Positions 36,901 through 45,630 of a stretch of 64,000 nucleotides of DNA are shown piece by piece (position 1 is the stretch's first letter; each line of letters begins with the position of its first letter). The DNA comes from an uncultured bacterium. GTDB lineage: Bacteria; Chlamydiota; Chlamydiia; Chlamydiales; FEN-1388. The stretch is from contig CAZEQY010000001.1 of the NCBI GenBank assembly GCA_964514655.1, forward strand, positions 9,614-73,613. Reading direction: 5' to 3'. The notes under the pieces are model-generated. The model had not been told where the DNA came from. It saw only the letters and a list, made by a program, of their open reading frames with translations, and ran no database searches. The position numbers and the translations under genes were made by a program.

Positions 36901-38548
36901 AGCCGATAAAGCCCCGCTTTTGTAAAAGCGAGTTCAGTCCTGCAATGTCGCGGCTGAAGGCTTCAGCTTCTGGGCTGCCAGGAAAGCGGTTGTATTGATC
37001 AATGATATTCTGCATGCCGCGAAGGATCACGTAGATGGAGCTATGGCGAAGACCTGTAAATGGTGTATCGCGAGTCGGCGCTACTACTAAGAGGCAAAGA
37101 CGTTTTTGGCTAGCAGTTGCAGCTTCATAGCCTGCAGCATCAAAGATCGGAAGCTTGTCGTGAGTAAGGTCGTTATGTGTTGGCTTCCATTCATGAGTAA
37201 TTTCATGAAGCGCGCTTTCAGACACTGTCTTTGCTATCTGGCGAAGATCAAGTGCCATCACGCTTTGAGCCGCTGGCAAGGTGTTAAGGTTAATGCGATA
37301 GTCACTAAAACCTTGCGCAATTGTCTCATCGCAATTTTGCTGCACACGTGCAAGCTCATTCATGACGAGGCGGTTAATGTCTTCTTGCTGAATTTTTTGA
37401 AATTCTGTTTTGCCAGGTGCTGCGCGAAGGGCAGCAACATCCGGATGAAGACGCATTGTAATAGTATCACTTGCCCAATCTAGTACTAGTTCCTTAATAA
37501 GAGGGTTTCTTTGAGCGAGTGTAAGGGTATAGACGCTTGATGCTGAGCTATTTTTTTGACGCTCATCTTTTAGCCATTCTTGAACCATCTTACGAGAAAG
37601 TGGTTTTAGCGCATTTTTTTGATTGCCGGCATGTGCCTGCAATGCGCCAATTGCTTTATCTAGTACAGAAATTTGGCCCTGCACAGCTTCTGCTTTTGCA
37701 AGCTGCTCTTGGTCTAAAAGCTCGCGCTTTTCTTCTTTTGCTTTACGCATTTCGCTAAAGGCAAGTTTTTCTCTTTCTAAACTTGTCTTTGTATCTTGCA
37801 TCTTTGCTGTAAGGCGATTTACAAGACCGGAACTATCCGGCAAGTCGCTTTGGTAGAAGGCTGTAAAGTAGCGGTTTGCAAAGTCAGATCCGGCAAAGTT
37901 TTCAGATACCTTTGCAATTTTGCGGGCTAAAAAGATGATAGCCTCGCTACTATCTTTTTCATCTAATGCCGAAAGAGTCTCTTGAACTTGAGGAGATGTG
38001 CCACCAAGCACCTGTGCGATGCCGCTAAAGCGGTCGCCAACTAGGTCAAAATAGAAGTTTGTAACCTTACCAGCTTCTTGCTTAGGTGCAAACTGGAATA
38101 GCTGTTCTGGAGTTTTTTCATTAAAATGAACACCCACATTGCGCAAGATGCGTACGGTATTGTCTTGGCTTGATTCGTCAAGCAACGAAAGCTGAGCCGG
38201 AACAAAAGGAATTAAGGCACCAGCTCTTGGCAAAAATTGGCTAAATGTCTTTCGTTCATTTTCATCTGCAAATTGTACAGAGATAACTGTAGGGTCATCT
38301 TTCTGTAAAGCAACCTGCTTAGGATGTACTCCAAGTAGCTTTGAATAGGCATGAATCCACTCTTCAGATTCATTTTCAAGAGCATTTACCCTTTCTGATA
38401 TCTGTGTAGCCACACCCATAGCATACTTTTGATCGATAGGCTGTTTAAGCGGCTTCGAATAAAAAATAATGGTTGGGAGTATGTTGTAGAGAGTAAGAAC
38501 GATTACGGCGATGATAACGAAAAACTGCCAGCGTTTTTGCTTTTCCAT
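33986..38548 (-). CDS. secDF: SecD/SecF fusion protein-export membrane protein with a very large periplasmic insert
   Basis: 1520 aa. N-terminal TM segment, a periplasmic region of about 1000 aa, then two 6-TM SecD and SecF cores (LGLDLSGGKSVRI..., AVDANVLVFERIREE..., SLNDTIIVFDRVRED...). Confidence 0.9.
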   Translation of the reverse strand: MEKQKRWQFFVIIAVIVLTLYNILPTIIFYSKPLKQPIDQKYAMGVATQISERVNALENESEEWIHAYSKLLGVHPKQVALQKDDPTVISVQFADENERKTFSQFLPRAGALIPFVPAQLSLLDESSQDNTVRILRNVGVHFNEKTPEQLFQFAPKQEAGKVTNFYFDLVGDRFSGIAQVLGGTSPQVQETLSALDEKDSSEAIIFLARKIAKVSENFAGSDFANRYFTAFYQSDLPDSSGLVNRLTAKMQDTKTSLEREKLAFSEMRKAKEEKRELLDQEQLAKAEAVQGQISVLDKAIGALQAHAGNQKNALKPLSRKMVQEWLKDERQKNSSASSVYTLTLAQRNPLIKELVLDWASDTITMRLHPDVAALRAAPGKTEFQKIQQEDINRLVMNELARVQQNCDETIAQGFSDYRINLNTLPAAQSVMALDLRQIAKTVSESALHEITHEWKPTHNDLTHDKLPIFDAAGYEAATASQKRLCLLVVAPTRDTPFTGLRHSSIYVILRGMQNIIDQYNRFPGSPEAEAFSRDIAGLNSLLQKRGFIGYSGQALGNTSEFARDFVFELDDYYSTLLKASREDFVVLGSREFATLEFSDVEQRIITENRINDAIQEDVLRAKETYQAAQVSLDKSARFTVPSPIENAYFANFKRACSAYFRGDDSKIIRWGLDLSGGKSVRIALLDQANKPVTDPAELHQAVNELYQRINKMGVSERTIRIENSTIVIDFPGAQGLSAAELIKASAMYFYIVNEQYGPANSSLAKDVNEFLQDIWNEAVVTNQKDADQINQIAYNKLQTAAARSSGNTGIKDSAQILYDAGLRLANPAEFVPACTFDDSLSMIARERGDEPADWHFRGHPLMITFANYALDGSSLENIQTNYDPSKGNVLLFSVKNSYSSGRAHGSQSPQDDFYNWTSQFSEEAIVGTPKEAFAPGNGWRMAVILNGQVISYPTLNASLRDHAMISGNFTQREVSKLATDLKAGSLSFTPKILSEQNVSPELGKQERYAGIMASIVAICLVAACMIGYYRFAGVVASVAVLFNMLIIWAVMQNIEMALTLPGIAGMLLTVAMAVDANVLVFERIREEFKISGRIASAIHLGYKKAFSAILDSNLTTIIASLILLQFDSGPIRGFAVTLVIGIVASMFTVLFMTRYFFAGWVQNPEHTELKMSEWIKATNFDFLKYTKPAFIITGIVLAVGVGVMSMQYKSIFGMDFTGGYSLVVDLQEAKTTSGKSVDYRERVSHALLKQGLSSKEFQIRELGRPNYLRIQLGISVDQAGKPFHGMPVELSSDKDQFSYDFQKNPRIVWLVKAVESTGLKVKQSQLQSLATGWTQMSGQFSDAMRNNAIWALGLALVAVLVYIAFRFEWKFACAAVLGLVHDVILTVCVAAIANKMGLPVQIDLEVIGALMTIIGYSLNDTIIVFDRVREDMRLMRKKSFREIINHALNTTLSRTLMTSGITLLVLLTLVFLGGKSMFAFSFVMAVGVFLGTLSSLFIAAPILLFLETRDTRKKLQPSMS

Positions 38549-38619
38549 AGTGTCAATTCATTGGTTTTAGTTTAATTAATCTGACAAAGGGTATCAGATA
38601 TCCGCCCATCTTGTCCAAT

Positions 38620-38652
38620 AAAAAAATCCGCACCCATGGGATGAGTGCGGAT
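38620..38652 (-). terminator. Rho-independent terminator of the nucleotide transporter gene
   Basis: The minus strand reads ATCCGCAC-tcatcccatgg-GTGCGGAT followed by TTTTTTT, 24 nt after the stop. Confidence 0.7.
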
Positions 38653-38675
38653 TGTAAAGAAATACTTAACGTAGA

Positions 38676-40253
38676 CTACGCTGTCGCAGGGACGGCGTTT
38701 GCAACGGCTTCTGTGCGCTCGTTCTGTTTTGCTACTGCAGCATCGACCTTTTTAGAAAGGGCTTTTACTGCGTAGAGCCACAGAACTGCAACAACAGCAA
38801 ATACGCCAAAGGCATACGGTGCTGTTACAGAAACGATGTTTGATCCAGCGCCAGCCACAGTAGCAGCAAGCACCATCTGAAGGTTACTTTGAACAAAAGC
38901 ACCGCCAGCTTTACCGGCACGGCCGCCAATAACGTCAACTGCAGCTTTACCTTTTGTCTTAAGCTCATCATCTAAAGGAATGTATGCCATTTCTTTAGTA
39001 GAGTCAAACAGGCTGTACTTGATACCTTTTGACAAGATGATAATGCCGGCACCCAAGAAGGTAGCAGCAGCAACAGGCGTTGTAGCCATTGATGCGAGAA
39101 TAAAGTCTACCCAATCTTTTGCAAAGATAAAGGCAAAGAAGATCACGCCACCAACTGCAATCATGAGCGGAGTTACAGACGCAGCTGTAAACCAGCTTAC
39201 GCGGCGAAGAACGTTAGAACCAATCAACCAACCAAACAAGATTGTGAAGATACCTGTAAAGGTAGAGTAGTTACCCATAAAGGCGTTGTAGCCACCCTTA
39301 TCGCCAGCAAAATAGATACCAAGCTGGTTTTTCCATTGTACTTCAACGAGGTTAATAGTCACGCCGTAGGCCATGATCAATAGAGCAATCAAACCAAGTT
39401 CTGGCGATTTGAAAATAATCTTGCAACTTTCTAGAAGCGATGGCTTTTCTTTCTTCTTCTTCGGAGTGCCACCTTCAGCAGGATCATAAAAGCGCTTGTC
39501 AGTAAGAACGCTTGTATGCAACCAGCGATAGAGCATCATTGCTGCAATACCAAGCACTACTACTGCACCCATCAAGAGATAGAGAGACACTTGCCATGCT
39601 TCTTCGTGTGAAGCATAGTATTGCTTAATATCTTCAGAGCAAAAACGAACAGCCTGACCTGAAAGAATAAGTGAAAGGTTTCCAATAACGAGGAATAGTC
39701 CATAAAAACGCTTTGATTCGCGCATGCGAACAACGTGGTTAGCAAACTGCCAGAACATCAAACCGATCATCGCGCTACCCCAAATTTCAGAAAGCACGTA
39801 GAAGAGTGAATATGACCAGTAGGCATATATGTCGATAAAGCCAGTCATTGCTGGGTATGAGCTTTTTAAAGCTGCGATAGATGCCGCACTTGGGTGCAGG
39901 CTCTCGAGGTTTGGATATATCAAAAAGGCAAACACGCCAAAGAACACCAAAAATGGTGTTACGACGGCATAAAATACATTCTCCCTCGACAGGATATTTG
40001 TAAGTTTAGCGTAGATAATAACAAAAATAATCGCCGCCGGCGTTACGCAGTACAGCTTTAGAAAGGAAATAGCACCAGCTCCAGCAGAATTCACAACGAT
40101 AGTATCTTTAGTGTCGCGAAGCAGCGTGTAGTTAAACAAGATACAAAACATGATGAACGCAAGAGGCAAAAACTTCTTAAGTTCATAATTATGAATGGGC
40201 CATAAGGCCGCGCGCAACCCGGTAAATTCCGCGGTTTCTTCTTTTTGAGACAT
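38676..40253 (-). CDS. ntt: TLC-family nucleotide (ATP/ADP) transporter
   Basis: LRAALWPIHNYELKKFLPLAFIMFCILFNYTLLRDTKDTIVV... is the hallmark N-terminus of chlamydial/rickettsial Npt/Tlc carriers. About 12 TM segments. Confidence 0.9.
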   Translation of the reverse strand: MSQKEETAEFTGLRAALWPIHNYELKKFLPLAFIMFCILFNYTLLRDTKDTIVVNSAGAGAISFLKLYCVTPAAIIFVIIYAKLTNILSRENVFYAVVTPFLVFFGVFAFLIYPNLESLHPSAASIAALKSSYPAMTGFIDIYAYWSYSLFYVLSEIWGSAMIGLMFWQFANHVVRMRESKRFYGLFLVIGNLSLILSGQAVRFCSEDIKQYYASHEEAWQVSLYLLMGAVVVLGIAAMMLYRWLHTSVLTDKRFYDPAEGGTPKKKKEKPSLLESCKIIFKSPELGLIALLIMAYGVTINLVEVQWKNQLGIYFAGDKGGYNAFMGNYSTFTGIFTILFGWLIGSNVLRRVSWFTAASVTPLMIAVGGVIFFAFIFAKDWVDFILASMATTPVAAATFLGAGIIILSKGIKYSLFDSTKEMAYIPLDDELKTKGKAAVDVIGGRAGKAGGAFVQSNLQMVLAATVAGAGSNIVSVTAPYAFGVFAVVAVLWLYAVKALSKKVDAAVAKQNERTEAVANAVPATA

Positions 40254-40532
40254 ACATACTCCAACAAATTAGGTTAAAATAAGGCAGCAATCTAATAGAA
40301 ACATCTATAGTGTGCAAGCACAATTTGCTACCTTGCGTGCTACTAGCATACGACATTTACAAAAATTTTGCAATCTAACTTTTTGAAGATAAGCGAATTA
40401 AGCTGGTACCCCACGTTATTCTATTGATTTTAGAGGGAAAAACGGGTACAAATCAGGATAGTAAAAAAACGGACTCTGGTCGCTTGGCCGGAGGAAATAA
40501 TTATAACATAACCCCCTCTGCTTAAATCCTTT

Positions 40533-41927
40533 ATGGACGAAGTACTACATATTAAAGGCGGAAGTCCGCTGATTGGCGAAGTAAAAGCTGCCGGCGCGAA
40601 AAACGCTATGACTAAGCTACTTGTAGCATCGCTACTTTCTGATAAACGATGCACATTCTACAACGTGCCAAATATTGGCGACGTGGAGGTAACAGTAGCG
40701 CTATGTCGCGAAATAGGTATGCAGGTAGAGTGGGATAAAGATGCAGGCGTGCTCCAGTGCGAGACAAAAGAGCTTAAAACTTCCTACATCCCACAGCGCT
40801 TTTCAGGCTCAAATCGCATTCCCATACTTATGATCGGAGCCCTTTTAGGTAGAACTGACGAAGACATCATCGTTCCTACAGTTGGCGGCTGCAAGATAGG
40901 TAACCGCGCTGTAGAGTTTCATATCCAGGCCCTACGTCAGCTTGGGGCCACAATTGAGCTTCGCGACATGAAGCGCGAAAGCGCCTATTTTGCCCATGCT
41001 CACAACGGGCTGCAAGGCACATTAATAAACCTACCATACCCATCAGTTGGCGCCACCGAAAATACAATACTTGCCTCCATAACTGCTCGTGGAACAACAA
41101 TCATCAAAAACGCCGCCATTGAGCCGGAAATTGTCGACCTCATCCTTTTTTTGCAAAAACTAGGCGCACACATAAGTATGGACGTTGATCGCACGATCCG
41201 CATACAAGGCACCCGCAAATTTTATGATGTTGAGCACACCGTATGCTACGACCGCATCGAAGCCGCATCTTTTGGTATGGCTGCTATCGGCACGAAAGGC
41301 CGCGTATTTGTAAAAGGGGCCGATCACGTCAACATGATAACCTTCTTAAACAAGCTGCGAGAAATCGGCGGCGGCTTTAACGTTAAAAAAGATGGTATAG
41401 AGTTTTACTACGATGGCCCTTTACAAGGCGGTCTACACCTAGAAACTGACGTTCACCCCGGCTTTATGACCGACTGGCAACCTCCCTTTGTTGTCCTCCT
41501 CACACAGGCTGCAGGCACATCTATTGTCCATGAGACGGTCTATGAAAACCGTTTTGGCTTTACAGAAGCTCTAAGAGACATGGGAGCTGACATTTCCCTC
41601 TTTAAGCAATGTCTTGGAGGTAAGCTCTGTCGCTTTTCGTCTCATAGCTTCTATCACAGCATCGCCGTAAAAGGCGAAAGCGTGCTTTCCGGCAAAAAAA
41701 TTGCCATCCCTGACCTAAGAGCCGGCTTTGCCTACCTCATGGCAGCTTTGATTTCTAAGGATGAAAGCACAATTTCTGGCCTACATTTCCTCGACCGCGG
41801 CTATGAAAACCTCGTCCAAAAGCTTACAAGCCTTGGCGCAAACGTCCGTCGCACAAATAAGTCGCAGGACCAAGCAACTTCTTTTGAAGAACAAACTCAA
41901 CGCCTAAAAGTTGTAGAAGCTCTATAA
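40533..41927 (+). CDS. murA: UDP-N-acetylglucosamine 1-carboxyvinyltransferase
   Basis: IKGGSPLIGEVKAAGAKNA and the active-site loop PTVGGCKIGNRAVEFHI (Cys retained). Confidence 0.9.
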   Translation: MDEVLHIKGGSPLIGEVKAAGAKNAMTKLLVASLLSDKRCTFYNVPNIGDVEVTVALCREIGMQVEWDKDAGVLQCETKELKTSYIPQRFSGSNRIPILMIGALLGRTDEDIIVPTVGGCKIGNRAVEFHIQALRQLGATIELRDMKRESAYFAHAHNGLQGTLINLPYPSVGATENTILASITARGTTIIKNAAIEPEIVDLILFLQKLGAHISMDVDRTIRIQGTRKFYDVEHTVCYDRIEAASFGMAAIGTKGRVFVKGADHVNMITFLNKLREIGGGFNVKKDGIEFYYDGPLQGGLHLETDVHPGFMTDWQPPFVVLLTQAAGTSIVHETVYENRFGFTEALRDMGADISLFKQCLGGKLCRFSSHSFYHSIAVKGESVLSGKKIAIPDLRAGFAYLMAALISKDESTISGLHFLDRGYENLVQKLTSLGANVRRTNKSQDQATSFEEQTQRLKVVEAL

Positions 41928-41983
41928 GTCGAACAATTGCGTTATAAAAAATCAAAATACAACACCTGAGTAGGACTAAGGTT

Positions 41984-42106
41984 CTTTTGCGCTTTTGGGT
42001 TTTTGCGTTAAGTTTTTCCATTCTATACATACCTTAGAGGCTTAAAGGTATTTTCGGTAATGTAAGAGTTCAACGCAAAAACGCAAAAACCAAAAAAGCG
42101 CAAAAG
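41984..42106. repeat. Long imperfect inverted repeat built from TTTTGCG / CGCAAAA(A) units
   Basis: The left arm is CTTTTGCGCTTTTGGGTTTTTGCGTT (41984-42009). The right arm is AACGCAAAAACGCAAAAACCAAAAAAGCGCAAAAG (42072-42106). The loop is about 62 nt. It lies between murA and epmB. Confidence 0.6.
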
Positions 42107-42210
42107 AAGCTTCGTTAAACTTGCATAAATCGGCACTTTAAAGAGCATTACAAACCGTCGTGAAGAAGAAATTTAAGACTCATGGCGAATAAGATGTACA
42201 GCCTTCCCGT

Positions 42211-43239
42211 TTGATTAAAAAGTTCAAAGATGGGATACTAGCTGGCATGTCACTGCCTGTAACACCACTTTGGCGCGCAATTTTGCGCCAAAACTTTAGG
42301 ACACTTCATGAACTTGCTGCGTTTTTAGAGCTTAGCCCTGAACAAGTTAGCGCTCTTGATGATGCAGCTTCTTTCCAAGTTAATGTTCCAAGGCGCCTTG
42401 CAGAAAAATTTGATAAAAAATCTATTACGGATCCTCTTTTTCTACAGTTTGTTCCCCTAAAAATCGAGCGCGACAAGCATCCGAACTACGTCGATGATCC
42501 CGTGCGCGATGCAAGCTTTGTTCTTGAAGACAAGCTTTTACAAAAATATGACAAAAGAGCCCTTATCATCTCAACATCAGTATGTGCTATGCACTGTCGC
42601 TTTTGCTTTCGCAAAAACTTTGATTACCAAACGCAGGACAAAAGCTTTGCAGGTGAGCTTGAATTCATTCGCAAAAACCCTCACCTAGAAGAAATCATCC
42701 TCTCTGGGGGCGATCCGCTCTCGCTTTCTGATGAAGTGCTAGGCGATCTTCTTAGAAATCTGGCAAATATTCCCCACATTCGCCGCATTCGCTTTCACAC
42801 GCGCTTTATTATGGGCATACCAGAACGTGTGGACAGCTCTTTTTTAGAGCTTTTAAAGAACTGCTCCAAGCAAATCTGGTTCGTTATCCACGCAAATCAC
42901 ATACGAGAATTTGACAACGATATCTGGCATGCCTTACGCAACATACAGCTTCTTGGCATACCTGTACTTAACCAATCAGTGCTTTTAAAAGGGGTAAATG
43001 ACACGCACGACACCATGCAGGAGCTTTTTTCAGGCCTAATCGACCACGGCATTAACCCCTATTACCTACACGGCTTTGACCGCGTGCAGGGCTCTAGCCA
43101 CTTTGAAGTAGAGACTCAAAAAGGACTAGAGTTAATCGACAGCCTTATGACAAGCCTTCCTGGTTACGGCGTTCCTAAATATGTTCAGGAAATTGCCGGC
43201 AAGAAAAGTAAAACAGCTATTACATCCGCTCTACAGTAA
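42211..43239 (+). CDS. epmB: Lysine 2,3-aminomutase-like radical SAM enzyme (EF-P beta-lysylation EpmB/YjeK type)
   Basis: Radical-SAM CAMHCRFCFRK. SGGDPL. The size (342 aa) fits EpmB rather than the long KamA. TTG start. Confidence 0.75.
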   Translation: MIKKFKDGILAGMSLPVTPLWRAILRQNFRTLHELAAFLELSPEQVSALDDAASFQVNVPRRLAEKFDKKSITDPLFLQFVPLKIERDKHPNYVDDPVRDASFVLEDKLLQKYDKRALIISTSVCAMHCRFCFRKNFDYQTQDKSFAGELEFIRKNPHLEEIILSGGDPLSLSDEVLGDLLRNLANIPHIRRIRFHTRFIMGIPERVDSSFLELLKNCSKQIWFVIHANHIREFDNDIWHALRNIQLLGIPVLNQSVLLKGVNDTHDTMQELFSGLIDHGINPYYLHGFDRVQGSSHFEVETQKGLELIDSLMTSLPGYGVPKYVQEIAGKKSKTAITSALQ

Positions 43240-44938
43240 CAAGCCCAAGTAGCTGCATGCCTTCTTTAAGCACCCGTCCTGTAAGCTCTGTTAACAACAG
43301 GCGTGAATTTTGCTCGTTAGAGCCTTCTACTCGACAGTCGCGGAAGAAGTGATTAAACAGTTCGGCAAGTGCGTAGAGGTACTCTGTTAAGCGGTTTGGC
43401 ATAAGATCTTCTGCCATGAGCTCTAGCGTCTCACCAAACTGGGCAAGATGAAGGCCAAGAGCTATTTCTGAAGGATGCACAAGGGCAATTTTTGTTGTCG
43501 CGACAAGACTTTTTGGATCAACGCCAACCTTTCTGATAATACCCTGCACGCGCACATATGAGTACATCACAAAGGCTGCAGTGTTACCCTCAAAGCGAAG
43601 CATCTTATCATAGCTAAACATATAGTCGCTTATTCGGTGGCAGACAAGGTCTGAATACTTTATGGCATTTATGCCAAGAGCATGGGCCACCTTTTTTTGC
43701 TCATCTTCTGACCAGTCGGGGTTTTTCTCGTGTAAAATGGCTTCTGCTTTTACTATGGCAGCGTTGATGAGGTCGATAAGCTTTTCCGTTTCACCGGACC
43801 TCGTGCGAAACTTTTTGCCATCTGCTCCCAAAACCACCCCAAAAGGTACATGATCTGTCCGAACTTTAGCAGGATCTAAGTAATTAGCCTTTATAGCGGC
43901 TTCAAAAATCATCTGAAAGTGTGTTGATTGACCTGCATCCGTTACGATGATGATGCGGCTTGCCTTTTCTTCATGTATACGATGGCGTATCGTTGCCATG
44001 TCAGTGGTGTCGTAGTTATAGCCTCCATCTGACTTTTGGATCATAAGCGGAATTTGATGCCCGTCTAAAAAGATGCATTTTGCACCTTCAGAAAGTGTCA
44101 CAAGTCCCTTTTCTTCAAGCTCGCTTACAACACCCGCAAGTAGCGGGTTATAAAAGGACTCTCCGCGCTCCGTGATGCGAATGTCTAGGAGATCGTAAAT
44201 TTCTTGATATGCCTTGCGGGATATTTCACGAATAACATTCCAGTAGTGTAGAGCCTCTTTATCCCCGCCCTGAAGCGCTACAACCTGAAGCTGGGCTGTT
44301 TTTTTAAATGCAGGATCTTCATCAAAGCGCTTTTTAGCCGCTTTATAGTACGTTACAAGGTCTGTCAACGTTACATCTTCGAGCTCGGCAGACTCTTTCA
44401 TATAGGCTATAAGCATGCCAAAGGATGTTCCCCAGTCACCTATATGGTTTTGACGAAGTACGGTATGGCCCAAAAATTCAAACATCCTTGCAAGAGCATC
44501 CCCAATAATCGTTGAACGAAGGTGTCCAACGTGCATCTCTTTTGCTGTATTTGGGCTTGAAAAGTCTATGACAATGCGCTCTTTTTTTGGCGCTTTTATA
44601 CCAAAATGAGGCTCCTCAAGCATTTTAAAGAGCTCATTGTTCAAAAAGCTAGCCTTGAGGGTGATGTTAATAAAACCGGGTCCTGCAATTTCGAGCTTTT
44701 CGATACAATCGCTATCTATGGCGTTGCACGCTGCCACGATTTTTTCCGCAATCTGGCGTGGGTTCATCTTTAAGGCCTTTGATAGCTTCATCGCGCTATT
44801 AAACTGGTAGTGACCAAAGGCGCTTGCTGTACTTTTGACCAGTTCAATTTCGCTCGTAGCTTCCGGGAAAGCCTCTTTTGTCGCTTGAGCAAAAAAATCA
44901 TGTAAACGATCGACGATCGTGTCGGCAACTTGTGGCAT
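43220..44938 (-). CDS. argS: Arginyl-tRNA synthetase
   Basis: SSPNTAKEMHVGHLRSTIIGDA (HIGH). The C-terminus ends ...VERM, as is typical for ArgS. Confidence 0.95.
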   Translation of the reverse strand: MPQVADTIVDRLHDFFAQATKEAFPEATSEIELVKSTASAFGHYQFNSAMKLSKALKMNPRQIAEKIVAACNAIDSDCIEKLEIAGPGFINITLKASFLNNELFKMLEEPHFGIKAPKKERIVIDFSSPNTAKEMHVGHLRSTIIGDALARMFEFLGHTVLRQNHIGDWGTSFGMLIAYMKESAELEDVTLTDLVTYYKAAKKRFDEDPAFKKTAQLQVVALQGGDKEALHYWNVIREISRKAYQEIYDLLDIRITERGESFYNPLLAGVVSELEEKGLVTLSEGAKCIFLDGHQIPLMIQKSDGGYNYDTTDMATIRHRIHEEKASRIIIVTDAGQSTHFQMIFEAAIKANYLDPAKVRTDHVPFGVVLGADGKKFRTRSGETEKLIDLINAAIVKAEAILHEKNPDWSEDEQKKVAHALGINAIKYSDLVCHRISDYMFSYDKMLRFEGNTAAFVMYSYVRVQGIIRKVGVDPKSLVATTKIALVHPSEIALGLHLAQFGETLELMAEDLMPNRLTEYLYALAELFNHFFRDCRVEGSNEQNSRLLLTELTGRVLKEGMQLLGLVTVERM

Positions 44939-45029
44939 ATTGAATTCCTAAAAAGTATGATATAGTACTCGAAAATCCCTGTTAAGATCAACTTGACTTT
45001 ATCAAATAATTAATGTAGACTCGTGCCCT

Positions 45030-45569
45030 ATGGATAACGAATTGCTTTATCAGTGGCTTGTCGAATATGGAAGCATGGCACTTTTTTTCTTGCTTGCGCT
45101 TGAAATTATTGCCTTGCCTATCCCTGGCGAGCCTCTTATGGTCATTACAGGTGTTCTTCTGTCTACTGACGATCTTGCGCTATTTCCCACCCTTATTGCG
45201 GCCTATTGCGGGGCTTGTTTGGGCATTAGCATCAGCTTTTTACTCGGCAAAACCGCAGGAAGCTACCTTGTCACGAACTACGGACCTCGAATTGGCATAA
45301 CAGATGCACGTATGCAGCGCGTAAATACCTGGTTTAACCGCTTTGGCAAATGGACACTCATGATAGGATATTTTGTGCCGGGAATTCGCCACTTTACGGG
45401 GTTTACAGCCGGCATTACCTCTTTAGAGTATCGACAATTTATGCTCTTTGCCTATGTTGGCGCCTTTATTTGGGTAACAACCTTTCTTTCACTAGGCTAC
45501 TTTTTTGGCGACTACTGGCTACTCATGGTTGATAAAATTATCGACTTCTTCCGAAATTTAATCGCTTAA
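45030..45569 (+). CDS. DedA/SNARE-associated family membrane protein
   Basis: ALPIPGEPLMVITGVL... and ...GKWTLMIGYFVPGIRHFTGFTAG are DedA signatures. Confidence 0.8.
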   Translation: MDNELLYQWLVEYGSMALFFLLALEIIALPIPGEPLMVITGVLLSTDDLALFPTLIAAYCGACLGISISFLLGKTAGSYLVTNYGPRIGITDARMQRVNTWFNRFGKWTLMIGYFVPGIRHFTGFTAGITSLEYRQFMLFAYVGAFIWVTTFLSLGYFFGDYWLLMVDKIIDFFRNLIA

Positions 45570-45630
45570 CACTTGTGAAAAAAGCCATTCACAGGTAAAT
45601 TATTTGTTATTTATTGATTTAGAGGTACAA

